The notes under the pieces were generated by a model. The model worked only from the letters and a program-made list of their open reading frames with translations. It did not search any database and was not told the DNA's origin. Shown here in pieces: positions 35,003 to 44,392 of a stretch of 64,000 nucleotides of DNA; position 1 is the stretch's first letter, and every line of letters begins with the position of its first letter. This DNA is from a virus. Made by a program: the position numbers and the translations under genes. The stretch is from positions 1-64,000 of IMG/VR virus record IMGVR_UViG_3300031566_000016. One strand, written 5' to 3'.

Positions 35003-35557
35003 CTACACGACTGCCGGGTCGAGCGTCGCCGAACCTATCACAGCCTGCGCCGTCACCGTCGCCGCCACCGTCCCCGCCCAATACGTCGCCGACGCTTCGC
35101 CGTACATGTCCGTCGCCGGCTGCCCTGTCTCGGGCGCGCAACTCATCCGCCGACCTGCATCATCCAGGTGCCAGTATGTTCGTAGACATGCTTGAACCCC
35201 ATCGCGCCAGACGTTCATCGCCTCGCGCATGTCCTCGGCCTTCCGCCCCTTCAGCCAGATCCAGATGTCAAAGTTGTAGACATCCTGCGTGTACCCGGCG
35301 AGGATCGTGCCATCCACCTGTATCCCGCCCCCACAGTCCTCATCGTTGTTCTCGGTGCTGCGGCTCTCGTCGATCCAGATGCCGGGGCACTGCGCCGGCA
35401 TCGCCAACAGTCCGTTCTCCAGGTGATACTGCTCATCCAGCAGCGCCGTTTCATCGGGCAGGAAGCGCCGGTCGCCCTCGTCATCGTTCTCGAACAGGTG
35501 GGCCAGGAGGGTGTCGCGGATCGCCTCGGCCACGGCGTTGCTCTTCGAGCTGCTCAT
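35003..35557 (-). CDS. tail terminator/completion protein
   Basis: Size, position, and CPGIWI motif. Confidence 0.55.
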   Translation of the reverse strand: MSSSKSNAVAEAIRDTLLAHLFENDDEGDRRFLPDETALLDEQYHLENGLLAMPAQCPGIWIDESRSTENNDEDCGGGIQVDGTILAGYTQDVYNFDIWIWLKGRKAEDMREAMNVWRDGVQACLRTYWHLDDAGRRMSCAPETGQPATDMYGEASATYWAGTVAATVTAQAVIGSATLDPAVV

Positions 35558-36273
35558 GGCTCCACCGTGCCCGTGATGTGATCGAGGGCGATGTCTTCGA
35601 TCCGCTCAAGGTTCGCTTCGGTCACACGGAAAATCTCGCGCGGCTCCATCGGGTAGTAGTTCTCGCGGCCATCGTTGAGGACGCCGCCGAGGTCCGCGCC
35701 GCGCGTCCGGTCCCGCCCCGACCGCGGGCGCCCCGGAACACCAAAGAAGTCGTTGTAGTTGGTGCCGAAACTCAGGGTGCGTCGAGTCCGACGCTGGTAG
35801 GCCGTATCGCTCACGCCGGTCAACTGCCGCCTGAGTTTTCCGGTCAACTCCATGATCTTGCGGCCGGGGTAGTTGATGGCCTTCCATTGCGCGTAGCTCG
35901 GGAAGTAGGTCATCCACACCCTGCGCCCTCCGCTCAAACGCAATTGACGAGTGATATTCCACCCTGCGAATGAAGGATTGGCCGCCTGCATCGGACTCGG
36001 ACCAGATACGGCAAAGCCCCGCGTCACCTTGCCGTGGAACCTGATTGGACGCCGCGAGTTATCTTTCCATCGCGGCTCCCCGTCCACAGCGCCTTCCTTC
36101 TCGAACACCTCAGCCATGTTGTCGTATAGAATGGGTAGCACTCTCGGCCAGATCGGCCGGAAGTCCCGCGCGCGCCGCTTGCACTCCCGCAGGTACTCAC
36201 GCAGGGCCAGCCGCGCCCACGTCGCGGGGTTCCGGCTGATCGTGTTGATGCTGTAGTGGGGCACGGCTACCAC
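35554..36273 (-). CDS. virion morphogenesis (Mu gpG/P2 gpS-like) protein
   Basis: FEKEGA...PRW, IMELTGKLRR, FGTN, MEPREIF. Confidence 0.7.
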   Translation of the reverse strand: MVAVPHYSINTISRNPATWARLALREYLRECKRRARDFRPIWPRVLPILYDNMAEVFEKEGAVDGEPRWKDNSRRPIRFHGKVTRGFAVSGPSPMQAANPSFAGWNITRQLRLSGGRRVWMTYFPSYAQWKAINYPGRKIMELTGKLRRQLTGVSDTAYQRRTRRTLSFGTNYNDFFGVPGRPRSGRDRTRGADLGGVLNDGRENYYPMEPREIFRVTEANLERIEDIALDHITGTVEP

Positions 36274-36731
36274 GTCTCCTGTGTCGCGGGGTCCGCTCCG
36301 ACCGCGACCACCGTTAGCCCCGCGAACTGTGGGATCGTCACCACGGGGTTCGTCGGCGTCTCCGCGTCCGGCGCCTTGTGGGCTGTCTTCATCATCTGTG
36401 CCATGATCTTGTCGGCCCGAGACTCCAGGTAGTCGTCATACCACTTGGTGCGCTCGTCGCGCTGTACCTGGTTGCGGCTCTTGAGCAGGAGCGCCGCCGC
36501 CCGCATCGCGCACACATCGGTCGCCTGCGCGTACAACTCCGGGCTGACATCATTGTCGATCGGGACCTTCACGTACCCACGAACATCGTTCTCGAAGTCC
36601 TTCTCGGCCAGACCCTCGAAGGTCTGCAACACCTTCGGGTCCGTCGGGCCCACGTCAAAGGTCTCGCCGGGGTTGAGTACCGCCGCCTGGTCGAGCCAGT
36701 ACTTCACATCCTGCCAGGTCGCATACGCCAC
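36267..36731 (-). CDS. head-tail adaptor (Mu gp36-like)
   Basis: MAYATWQDV...GYVKVP; position. Confidence 0.6.
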   Translation of the reverse strand: MAYATWQDVKYWLDQAAVLNPGETFDVGPTDPKVLQTFEGLAEKDFENDVRGYVKVPIDNDVSPELYAQATDVCAMRAAALLLKSRNQVQRDERTKWYDDYLESRADKIMAQMMKTAHKAPDAETPTNPVVTIPQFAGLTVVAVGADPATQETW

Positions 36732-36737
36732 GGGCGG

Positions 36738-37286
36738 CTACTCCTCTCCGAGTTCCTCTTCCGCTGGCAACGCCGCCACAGGTTCCGCAACCGGCGTCTC
36801 TTCCTGTGCAGCCGGGCGCCGCCGCTGCGGTTCCGGCTGGGGTTCCAGGATGCTCAGGTCCGGCGGCTCGACGTTCCGGCCACCCTTGGGCACCGGCTCC
36901 CGATCCAGCACATCTGGTGTCCGCCGCACATGCTCCTTCTGGTACGCTGCCAGCATCGCCGCGAGGTTCAGCGGCTTCTCCGTCAGCGCCGCGCAACTCT
37001 TCAGCTTGCGCACGTAGGCCAGCAACTTGTTGAAGAAGTCAATCGCGTGCTGCGTATGCTCGCGCTTGAAGGCCTGCCGCGTGAACGACAACTTCTCCTC
37101 GCTCCGGTCGCGGTGGCTCTCAGCCCAGTGGATCAGTTCCTCTTTGGTGCGCAACTTCACCAGGTGAGGCTGACCCCGCAGGCCATTCACCATGTCTTCC
37201 CAGAACGCGATGAAGGGCCGAGTGTCCTCGGCCTCATCAACCTGCTGCTGTACTTGCTTGTTTCGCACGTCCGCGGCCGTCATCAT
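36738..37286 (-). CDS. hypothetical protein (head module)
   Basis: AGGA RBS; charged. Confidence 0.6.
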   Translation of the reverse strand: MMTAADVRNKQVQQQVDEAEDTRPFIAFWEDMVNGLRGQPHLVKLRTKEELIHWAESHRDRSEEKLSFTRQAFKREHTQHAIDFFNKLLAYVRKLKSCAALTEKPLNLAAMLAAYQKEHVRRTPDVLDREPVPKGGRNVEPPDLSILEPQPEPQRRRPAAQEETPVAEPVAALPAEEELGEE

Positions 37287-37303
37287 GTTCCTGCTCCGTG
37301 TCG

Positions 37304-37687
37304 TTAGAGTTTGGCTACGCCAGTCAGCGACACCACGGCGGTTCCGGCCCCTCCGCCGGCCATGGTGATGCGGACATAGGGCGCCTCGGCTGCGAGCTGC
37401 ATGATCGCCTTGCGAACGGTGACGCCATTGGCGGCCACGCTCACACTGGCGACCAATGCGCCTGTGGAAGCACCGGTGAGGTCAACTACCGGCACGGTGA
37501 ACCACGTATCGCCATCCTCCGACACCTCGGCAGAGAAGACGACCGCGGCGTTGGCCTGGCCCACGATCTCGGCAAAGAGTGTGAACCGCTCATAGCCGAC
37601 AATGTGGCCCAGGCCAACTACGGTACTGGCGCCGCCGACGGCGGCGACTGCTTGGTCAAGGGACTGTTGGATGTCGAATGGTTCCAC
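37304..37687 (-). CDS. putative head-associated structural protein
   Basis: Beta-rich (EVSEDGDTWF, APYVRI); follows the capsid gene. Confidence 0.5.
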   Translation of the reverse strand: MEPFDIQQSLDQAVAAVGGASTVVGLGHIVGYERFTLFAEIVGQANAAVVFSAEVSEDGDTWFTVPVVDLTGASTGALVASVSVAANGVTVRKAIMQLAAEAPYVRITMAGGGAGTAVVSLTGVAKL

Positions 37688-37702
37688 GAGTCAGGCCCCT
37701 TC

Positions 37703-38743
37703 TTAGACGCTGATGTCGAGGATGCCGCTCGGCGCCGTATAGGCGTCGCCATCCACGGCCCCGTCCAACTGCACAGCCACGCCCTGCCCGGGACTCTGGA
37801 TCGTCGGCGCGCCGTAGCGCGTCGCCGTGCCCCACCACTTGTACTGGCTGTTGGGGATGGGCACTTCCTGCGTGAAGAGCAGGTCCACGGTCTCGGGCCG
37901 GTTCTCGGGCTTCCAGACCATCGGCTTCTCTTCGCCCAGGGCCATGTAGAGGGCATACCCGATGGGCACCCAGTCGGTCAGCAGCGTCGGCACGCCCGAC
38001 AGCGGCATACCAGGCTGGAAGCCGTACTTGATGAGGGCCTCGATGAACGGCATGGTCTGGTAGTAGTTCGTGGCCGAGATGGTCCCGAACTCCTGCTCGA
38101 AGAGCGTGCCCGTCGCGCTGTTGGTGAAGCACACCACGCTGCCGCCGGCATAGCCGTGGTGAGCGATGTGCCACTTGGCGAAGGACGACACCTCGGGCGT
38201 CAGGTTGCCGCTGTTGGCGAAGACCACGTAGTGATCGTGGGCCGAGGTGAACGTGTTGGCCCCCTCCGGCGGGGGCGTCAGGTCGGCATCATAGAAGCCG
38301 GCCGGCGTGAGGGCCGTGCCCATGATGAACTGCTCACACCAGATCTGGTCCGCCACCAGCGGCGCCATGGTCTGCTGCTGCAGCTTCGCGGCGCTCATCC
38401 CATGGTAGAAGGCGTCCTGCGTGACCGCAGTGCCCGCCTGGAACTTGCGCGGTGGGTTGATGTCCAGCATGTAGCGCGGCGTGTGCTGCGGGTTGGGCGC
38501 GGCCATGTCGCGGCCGACTTCCTGCATCCGCACGCCGGAGGTCGCTACCTCGATCTGCGAGTCGAACGTGATCTCACAGAACATCTGCAGAAACTGCCGT
38601 GTCCAGGCCTTCCGCAGTTCAATCGACTCCTTGAACTTGATGATCTGCGGGTAGTCTGGCACATACTCGGACGTGAACGCCCCGTAGTTCGGCGCAACGC
38701 CGTAACTCGTGACATCCATCGGGGGCACCACTGCATCGGGCAT
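37703..38743 (-). CDS. major capsid protein
   Basis: 346 aa after the protease and decoration genes; strong GAAGGAGG RBS; PPPEGANTF...HDHY motif. Confidence 0.75.
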   Translation of the reverse strand: MPDAVVPPMDVTSYGVAPNYGAFTSEYVPDYPQIIKFKESIELRKAWTRQFLQMFCEITFDSQIEVATSGVRMQEVGRDMAAPNPQHTPRYMLDINPPRKFQAGTAVTQDAFYHGMSAAKLQQQTMAPLVADQIWCEQFIMGTALTPAGFYDADLTPPPEGANTFTSAHDHYVVFANSGNLTPEVSSFAKWHIAHHGYAGGSVVCFTNSATGTLFEQEFGTISATNYYQTMPFIEALIKYGFQPGMPLSGVPTLLTDWVPIGYALYMALGEEKPMVWKPENRPETVDLLFTQEVPIPNSQYKWWGTATRYGAPTIQSPGQGVAVQLDGAVDGDAYTAPSGILDISV

Positions 38744-38780
38744 GATCTTCCTCCTTCAAAGGCTGCCGAGTTGACGGCTG

Positions 38781-39209
38781 CTACGAGTTGGTCACGTGGG
38801 CGTCAGCCACACTCAGGTCCGGGTCGAAGTAGATCTCGTCGTCGGCAACGTAGGACCGGCCCACGAGTTGAGTCGTGTCACCGGCGGTGTTGCCGAAGGT
38901 GCCAGGCGTGTTGCTGATGTAGACCCTGCTAGGCGCGGTCAGGTCGGTCAGGCCGCGGATCGTCCCGCGGTTGACGAACGTGCCCATGTCGCCATTGGCC
39001 AGCCGGCGCGTCGCGACGCCGACACAGGGCAACTGTTCGCTGCCACTGGCCGCGCAGGCCAGTACCATGTGCCCTTCCGTGTTGATCGCGATGGCCTGGC
39101 CCTTCTCGATGGCGAAGGTCTCGCCGGTGCCGCCGGCGTCGCTATCCGTCTGGTCGTCCCCCTCCGCCACTTCCGCCGAGAAGACATTGTTGTCATCCGT
39201 GTATGCCAT
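38781..39209 (-). CDS. capsid decoration/cement protein
   Basis: AIEKGQAIAI...VGVA...VYISNTPG; lies between protease and capsid. Confidence 0.65.
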   Translation of the reverse strand: MAYTDDNNVFSAEVAEGDDQTDSDAGGTGETFAIEKGQAIAINTEGHMVLACAASGSEQLPCVGVATRRLANGDMGTFVNRGTIRGLTDLTAPSRVYISNTPGTFGNTAGDTTQLVGRSYVADDEIYFDPDLSVADAHVTNS

Positions 39210-39252
39210 GTCTGTAAACTCCTCTCCGGGCCCATGGCCCGCGGTCGTTGGG

Positions 39253-40485
39253 TTAGCCCGGCAGACCGGCAGTGGCGAGTGCCAGCTTGCGCCGCGCGCT
39301 ACTGAAGGGCAGACCAGCTTCCATGTACCCGATGATCGCAGCGTGGTCTTCGGTGCCGGGGATGACTTCTCCGGCCGCCACGGCCGCCGCCAGCTTCTGC
39401 TCCTCGCTCATCCCGGCAAGGTCGGCCGGTGCGGAAGCCGCGACGTGCAATGCGGGCTTGTCGCCGCCCGGCGCCGGCACCGTCGGCAGGCTGCCGTTGT
39501 TGGCCTGCACCAGCGCCCAGTAGGCGGTCGCGTTCTCCTGGTTGGCCGGGTCCACCTTGAAGGACGCCGCCACCTGGATCGCCTCGGGGGCGATGGCCCG
39601 CAAGTCCGTCTGGATCGTGCCATCCGGCAGCTTCGTCCCGACCGGGATGCGCACGGACTCGAACTCGCGTATGGCTTCATCCAGCCGCGCCTGCGCCTTG
39701 GCCTGCTCGGACTCGGCCAGCAGCACCTCGACCTGCTTCTGCAGCTTGTCGTAGTCTCCGGCCTTCTCGGTCAGTTCGGCGATCTGCGCCAGGAGATCAG
39801 TCTTCTCGGTCTCCGCGGCTGCCAACACATCGGCCTGTTCCTGCTCCCAGGTGGCCTTTGCCGCCGCGATGGCTTCGTCAATCTGCGCCTGAATGTCGTC
39901 GGGCATGGTCGCCATCACTCCTTCGTCTGAAGTATCGGTAGCGGCAACAGCCGCCGTTGCTTCCTCGAATTGCGCGGACGCCAGGATCATGTGCGGCTGA
40001 CCGCCATGCTGCGGCAAAGGCGTCAGGGCCGCCGCAATCAGGATGTTCCTGCGCCCCCAGTCGGGATCAGGCAAATCCCCAACCGTGTAACGCGGGGAGG
40101 TATAGGGCATGTTGCCAGCAGCGATCACCGGCTTGCCATACTCCGTCGGGGTGAATAACCCGTAGATACCCGGCCCATACTCACCACTCTCGTCAAACTT
40201 CAGATCGCTGTAGTAGGCATAAGCTCCGTCTGGATTCGTGCTGTGGTCAGCTCGCTCGTTGGCCGGGACGCCCAGGGATGTGGGGAAGCCATCCTTGAAG
40301 TTCGCAACCATCTCATCGAGCCACTCTCGGAGAATGTCAACCTCGACCGTCTCGAACTTTCCGGTCTTGGAGTTCCTCACCTGCAGGTGGTACTTGCCGA
40401 GGGGGACGACAGGAAGCCAAGTGGGCGTTCCGTCCTTGGGGATCGCGACTGCACCGCTGGAGTTCCACGCCTGGGGGTAGGCCAC
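39253..40485 (-). CDS. Mu gpI-like prohead protease/scaffold
   Basis: LDEMVANF, DH, YTSPRY, AAALTPLP, followed by a coiled-coil scaffold region. Confidence 0.75.
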   Translation of the reverse strand: MAYPQAWNSSGAVAIPKDGTPTWLPVVPLGKYHLQVRNSKTGKFETVEVDILREWLDEMVANFKDGFPTSLGVPANERADHSTNPDGAYAYYSDLKFDESGEYGPGIYGLFTPTEYGKPVIAAGNMPYTSPRYTVGDLPDPDWGRRNILIAAALTPLPQHGGQPHMILASAQFEEATAAVAATDTSDEGVMATMPDDIQAQIDEAIAAAKATWEQEQADVLAAAETEKTDLLAQIAELTEKAGDYDKLQKQVEVLLAESEQAKAQARLDEAIREFESVRIPVGTKLPDGTIQTDLRAIAPEAIQVAASFKVDPANQENATAYWALVQANNGSLPTVPAPGGDKPALHVAASAPADLAGMSEEQKLAAAVAAGEVIPGTEDHAAIIGYMEAGLPFSSARRKLALATAGLPG

Positions 40486-40495
40486 TTGTCACTCC

Positions 40496-40725
40496 AAACG
40501 AAAAGGCGCAAGCGCCTCGGGTGAGGCCCTTGCGCCATCAGGGCTACCAGCGCGTTGCTCGTGGCTTGCGCCTCGTTCGCTTGCTACCGCGGGAGGGGCC
40601 TTCTCTCGAAGCACCCCTCCCGTTCCGCAAAGGAGGCGCATCGGGGCGAGTGAAGCGGCGCTGTGAGCTTCGTTCAGCAGGCTCTTCCCCTGCGCAGAGG
40701 AAGAAGATGCCTATCGCCTTGGCAT
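40496..40725 (-). ncRNA. structured 5' leader of the protease-capsid operon ending in a terminator-like hairpin
   Basis: Hairpins ATGCC/GGCAT, CTTCCTCTGC/GCAGGGGAAG, GGGAGGGG/CCCCTCCC with a GAGA tetraloop, and GGCGCAAG/CTTGCGCC followed by TTTTCGTTT. Confidence 0.55.
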
Positions 40726-40727
40726 GT

Positions 40728-40757
40728 AGTCTAGGCACGATGGTATCGCTTTGTCAA
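40728..40757 (-). promoter_or_regulatory. sigma70-type promoter TTGACA-18-TAGACT
   Basis: Near-consensus boxes in the portal-protease gap. Confidence 0.65.
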
Positions 40758-40788
40758 GCCCCTGTTCGAGAAAGTTGCACCACTCCGG

Positions 40789-42297
40789 TCACTGACCCGA
40801 GGTCTCCGCGAGGGGTAGTTGCATGTTCCCGGCCGTTCCTGCAGCCGCTTCTGGCACCGGCGGCGCGGGAGCTACGGATGCTTCTGACTGCGGCCCCACG
40901 GCCTCGCCCGGGCGCACCCCCACAGTCTCCTGCCACTCGGCCTGCAGGTCCGGCGGCACCCCACCCGGCTGGTCCTTGTACCAGACCTTCAGCGCCCGCG
41001 TGTACCGCTCCAGGTCGCGCACCGCCACCTTGCCGTGCTCCAGCGATGGAAGACGCTTCGCCGTCGAGCCGTTCATCCGGGCAAAGTCCGGGATGGCCTC
41101 TGCGTTGAAGCGATGGCAGATCCAATCGGCGATGCCCTCCAGCAGGACCTCTCCGAACCACTGCGATGCCACCTGCGACAGCGCATTGCTGCCGCCAGAC
41201 CCGCCCTGCGAGAGCACCACAAAGCCGGTGCCGAACACGTCATGAATCGCCTCGGTCTGTCGCTGAATGTGCATCTCGAACGGCACCGAGGCGTCGCCCA
41301 TGTCGAAGGTCTTGAGTTCCCAGCCGTAGGGAATGTAGCCGCCGCTGTCCTGGGCCGTTGCGATGCTCCGCATGAAAGCGACCACCGCGTCGGCCTGATC
41401 CTGGACGATCTCCTCGCCCTCCGGTGCCACGGCGTAGGGCACACCACAAGCCTGCCGCTTGATGCGCACCCCGGCGTACCGCTGGTAGTCGTCCTTCTGG
41501 CAGTAGGCCCGGTAAGCCCGACGCAGACCGCCGAGACCCTCGGGGTCCCCGCCGTCGTCACACCACGACCACAGCAGGATCTCGTCACGGGCGTAGTAGA
41601 CGTAGCGCGGCTCCATCGTGCGCGGGTCCATGCCGTAGGCGACAAGCCCGATCGCATGGCCTTCGGCGTCGAAGTCCCACTGCCAGACCGTGCTCGGTAG
41701 ACGCGGCGCCAGCTCGTGCCAGCCGGTGAACGACTTGCCGCCGGTCTCCATAGAGCCGGTCTTCTGGTACTGCCAGGCGAAACCCTCGAAGAATGCCAGT
41801 GATCCCTCCCGGATCGCGGATGCGAAGGGTCGCGGCGGGACGTTGCTGCCGACCTGATACTGGCCGAGGCCGTCATGGATGTTCCACTCCAGCAACTCGG
41901 CAAGTTCACCGTCTTCGCCGGGCAATACGTGGAAGTCCGTCATGGAGAGCGGGAGGGTGATGAGCAACTCGGAGATGCCAACGGCCGGCTCGCTGCGGCG
42001 CATCTCATTGAACTTGGTCATGCGCGATTGGATGTCGGAGAGTTCGGAGTTGTACTCCTCGGTGACGCGGCCCACGCTGACGCCGAGGCCGGTGTTGCCA
42101 GCGGCCGAGGACTCGGCCGGGATGAGCATGGGGTTCGGGTTGGCGTTGTAGGCGTTGGCGAGGAGTTCCCGGCCGGACTCGGTCTGACGGAGTCCGGGGA
42201 TGCTCTCGGGCATGACGACGTAGCGGGGTCCGGGGGCGGACTGGAGCTGGCGGATGCCGAGGCCGCGCTTGATCTGCTGGAGGAAGGAGTCGGCCAT
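40789..42297 (-). CDS. portal protein (Mu gp29/DUF935-like)
   Basis: Follows the terminase; FFEGFA, GDPEGLGGLRRAY, GGSNALSQV, FNAEAIP. Confidence 0.8.
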   Translation of the reverse strand: MADSFLQQIKRGLGIRQLQSAPGPRYVVMPESIPGLRQTESGRELLANAYNANPNPMLIPAESSAAGNTGLGVSVGRVTEEYNSELSDIQSRMTKFNEMRRSEPAVGISELLITLPLSMTDFHVLPGEDGELAELLEWNIHDGLGQYQVGSNVPPRPFASAIREGSLAFFEGFAWQYQKTGSMETGGKSFTGWHELAPRLPSTVWQWDFDAEGHAIGLVAYGMDPRTMEPRYVYYARDEILLWSWCDDGGDPEGLGGLRRAYRAYCQKDDYQRYAGVRIKRQACGVPYAVAPEGEEIVQDQADAVVAFMRSIATAQDSGGYIPYGWELKTFDMGDASVPFEMHIQRQTEAIHDVFGTGFVVLSQGGSGGSNALSQVASQWFGEVLLEGIADWICHRFNAEAIPDFARMNGSTAKRLPSLEHGKVAVRDLERYTRALKVWYKDQPGGVPPDLQAEWQETVGVRPGEAVGPQSEASVAPAPPVPEAAAGTAGNMQLPLAETSGQ

Positions 42298-42359
42298 GAG
42301 GGGTCGCCTCGCCGTCGGGTTAGTGGCTTTGGCGGGGAATGGTAGTCCGTGGTGGGAGG

Positions 42360-42794
42360 TTAGTCAAGAGGGCGTGCGTGGAACACGACGACCGCCGATG
42401 CGAACGGGGCACGCCTTCCCACCCCATCCTGCTCAAAGTACAAACGGTTGCGGATGAAGCGGATCTCGCCCTGCATCGCGATGTCGTGCCACCATGCCAT
42501 GTCCGTCCGGCTAACCACGAGGCAGACGACGGTGGCCCCGCGCCGCGACGCATCCAACGCCTTCTGCATCCACTTCGCGGTGTCCCGCCCATATGGCGGA
42601 TTCATGAAGACAACTTCGTCTGACCAGTCCTGCGCGAGCCCGTCCTGCTCGGGTGTGAAGAAGCGGCGGCACTTAGCCGTCTCAGGCAGCGCACATGGAT
42701 CCAGCGTGAAGTGAAACTCCGCGTCGAGTTCATCGAAGAACTTCTGCGGCGTCGCCCAGTCCTGTTTGCGCGGACCAGCATACTGCCCTATCAT
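42360..42794 (-). CDS. phage DNA N6-adenine methyltransferase (Dam-like phage family)
   Basis: DWATPQ, FTLDPCA, DGLAQDW, FMNPPYG. Confidence 0.9.
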   Translation of the reverse strand: MIGQYAGPRKQDWATPQKFFDELDAEFHFTLDPCALPETAKCRRFFTPEQDGLAQDWSDEVVFMNPPYGRDTAKWMQKALDASRRGATVVCLVVSRTDMAWWHDIAMQGEIRFIRNRLYFEQDGVGRRAPFASAVVVFHARPLD

Positions 42795-44392
42795 CAGTAC
42801 ACCCTCCGTTCCGGCTCCACCTTGCCCAGGCTCACCACGCCGCTCCCCGTCGTCTTCTCCCCCACCAGCGCCCGCCGCGGCATGATCGGCAGGATCGTCA
42901 TCATGTACGCATCCAGCACATCAGGGTGCTTCCCTCTTCGCTTCGCCGCCGCCGGCGACTCGATGTTGCCCTTCGCCGTCACCTTCGGGTTTGGCGCCGT
43001 CCGTAGTGCCACATGGATCATCGGCGTCTGCTGCTTCAGACACACCGCCCGCCCCTTGTCCATGACGCCCTTCGCCCCGCGGATGAGTCTGTCCCTCGGC
43101 ACGCACTTCCAGTGCAGCTTCTCCACCGGGTCATACTTGTCCCGGTAGAAGTCGCCCCCGGTGAAGTTGATCGCCACGATGTCGTTGGGGTTCATGCCCT
43201 GGCGCTTGAACTCCTCCTTCAGGTAGGCGATGAACGTGGCGTCGTTCGTCCCGTCGATCCGCAGCTTACCCGGCCACTGCTTGTGCAGCGCGATCACGCG
43301 GGCCTCTTTCTCGGCTGACCCCCGCGGCAGTTCTTCCTCGTATACCGGCTGGGCCGGCCGCACGGTCAGGTCTGTCGCCACGAAGGCAGCCACGTCCTGA
43401 CCGGGCCCGCTGTTGTCCACGGCGGTGCTGTACCGTCGCCCCGCCTGCGGCAACGACCCGACCGCGACGGCCCCGGCTTCGTGCCTTCCCAGTGCCTCCG
43501 CGTCGAAGATCGGCGTCCCGACGCCGGCCGGTCGCAAGCCCTGTTCCTCCTCAAACAGTTCGTCGCCCAACCGCGCCCGCTCCGCCGCCTCCCAATCCTC
43601 GTCATGCCCCGGCACGAGGCCCTTCGAGACATACGGCAGGTACGTCGCGCCCCAGGCTCCCGGGTCCTCGCACATTGCCGTGAAGAAGTGCCCGGCATGG
43701 CCCGGCGTCGAGACCACGAAGGCCGGCGCATGGGGCACGTCGGTAATCATCGAGTAGGCGGCCTTCCAGATCGTCTCCAGGATGGCGATCTCGGCGGCCT
43801 CCTCGATCAGGAAGCCATTGCCGTCGAACGACCGCACCGAGGCCCCGGTGGTCGGATGCGCCAGCGCCGAGTTGAAGGCCATGATGTCGCTGGTGCCGCC
43901 GGCGCGCGGGTTGTACTGGACCTCCTCGTTGCCCGACTCGGGATTGATACCCCGTAGCCAGCGACGTTCGGATGAAGACAGCCGCGCCGTGCTGAGGGCG
44001 ATCTTCACCTTGCGCAGCAGCGCGAGCGTCTTCGATCCCTTGTCGGCGATGAGGTGGAAGTGCAGGGAGCGACCGTACACGTCCATGTAGTGCATCAGGG
44101 CCCACGGCACGGCACCCGCGAGGAGGAGCGTCGTCCAACCCATCTGCCGCGACTTGCGGACGAAGTAGGTGCCGCCCTCGGCAAAGTAGCGCATCCCGTC
44201 TTCCTGGTACTCCCAGGGATCGAAGACGATCATGCTCTGTGTCTTGGTCTCGATCATGGGGCGCTTGTCGCGGACCCAGGCCACGGGGTCGGTCTTGTAT
44301 GAGGGGGGGCCGGTGTCGGGGACGCCGGAGGGGAAGGCGCGCTTCACGATGTCGGCGAGGCTCTCGGCGCTACTCATCATCGCCCTCGTCAT
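42794..44392 (-). CDS. terL: terminase large subunit
   Basis: PWEYQ, Walker A KSRQMGWTT, Walker B FLIEEAA, STP, nuclease acidic residues (AVD, IDGT, HPDVLDA). Confidence 0.9.
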   Translation of the reverse strand: MTRAMMSSAESLADIVKRAFPSGVPDTGPPSYKTDPVAWVRDKRPMIETKTQSMIVFDPWEYQEDGMRYFAEGGTYFVRKSRQMGWTTLLLAGAVPWALMHYMDVYGRSLHFHLIADKGSKTLALLRKVKIALSTARLSSSERRWLRGINPESGNEEVQYNPRAGGTSDIMAFNSALAHPTTGASVRSFDGNGFLIEEAAEIAILETIWKAAYSMITDVPHAPAFVVSTPGHAGHFFTAMCEDPGAWGATYLPYVSKGLVPGHDEDWEAAERARLGDELFEEEQGLRPAGVGTPIFDAEALGRHEAGAVAVGSLPQAGRRYSTAVDNSGPGQDVAAFVATDLTVRPAQPVYEEELPRGSAEKEARVIALHKQWPGKLRIDGTNDATFIAYLKEEFKRQGMNPNDIVAINFTGGDFYRDKYDPVEKLHWKCVPRDRLIRGAKGVMDKGRAVCLKQQTPMIHVALRTAPNPKVTAKGNIESPAAAKRRGKHPDVLDAYMMTILPIMPRRALVGEKTTGSGVVSLGKVEPERRVY

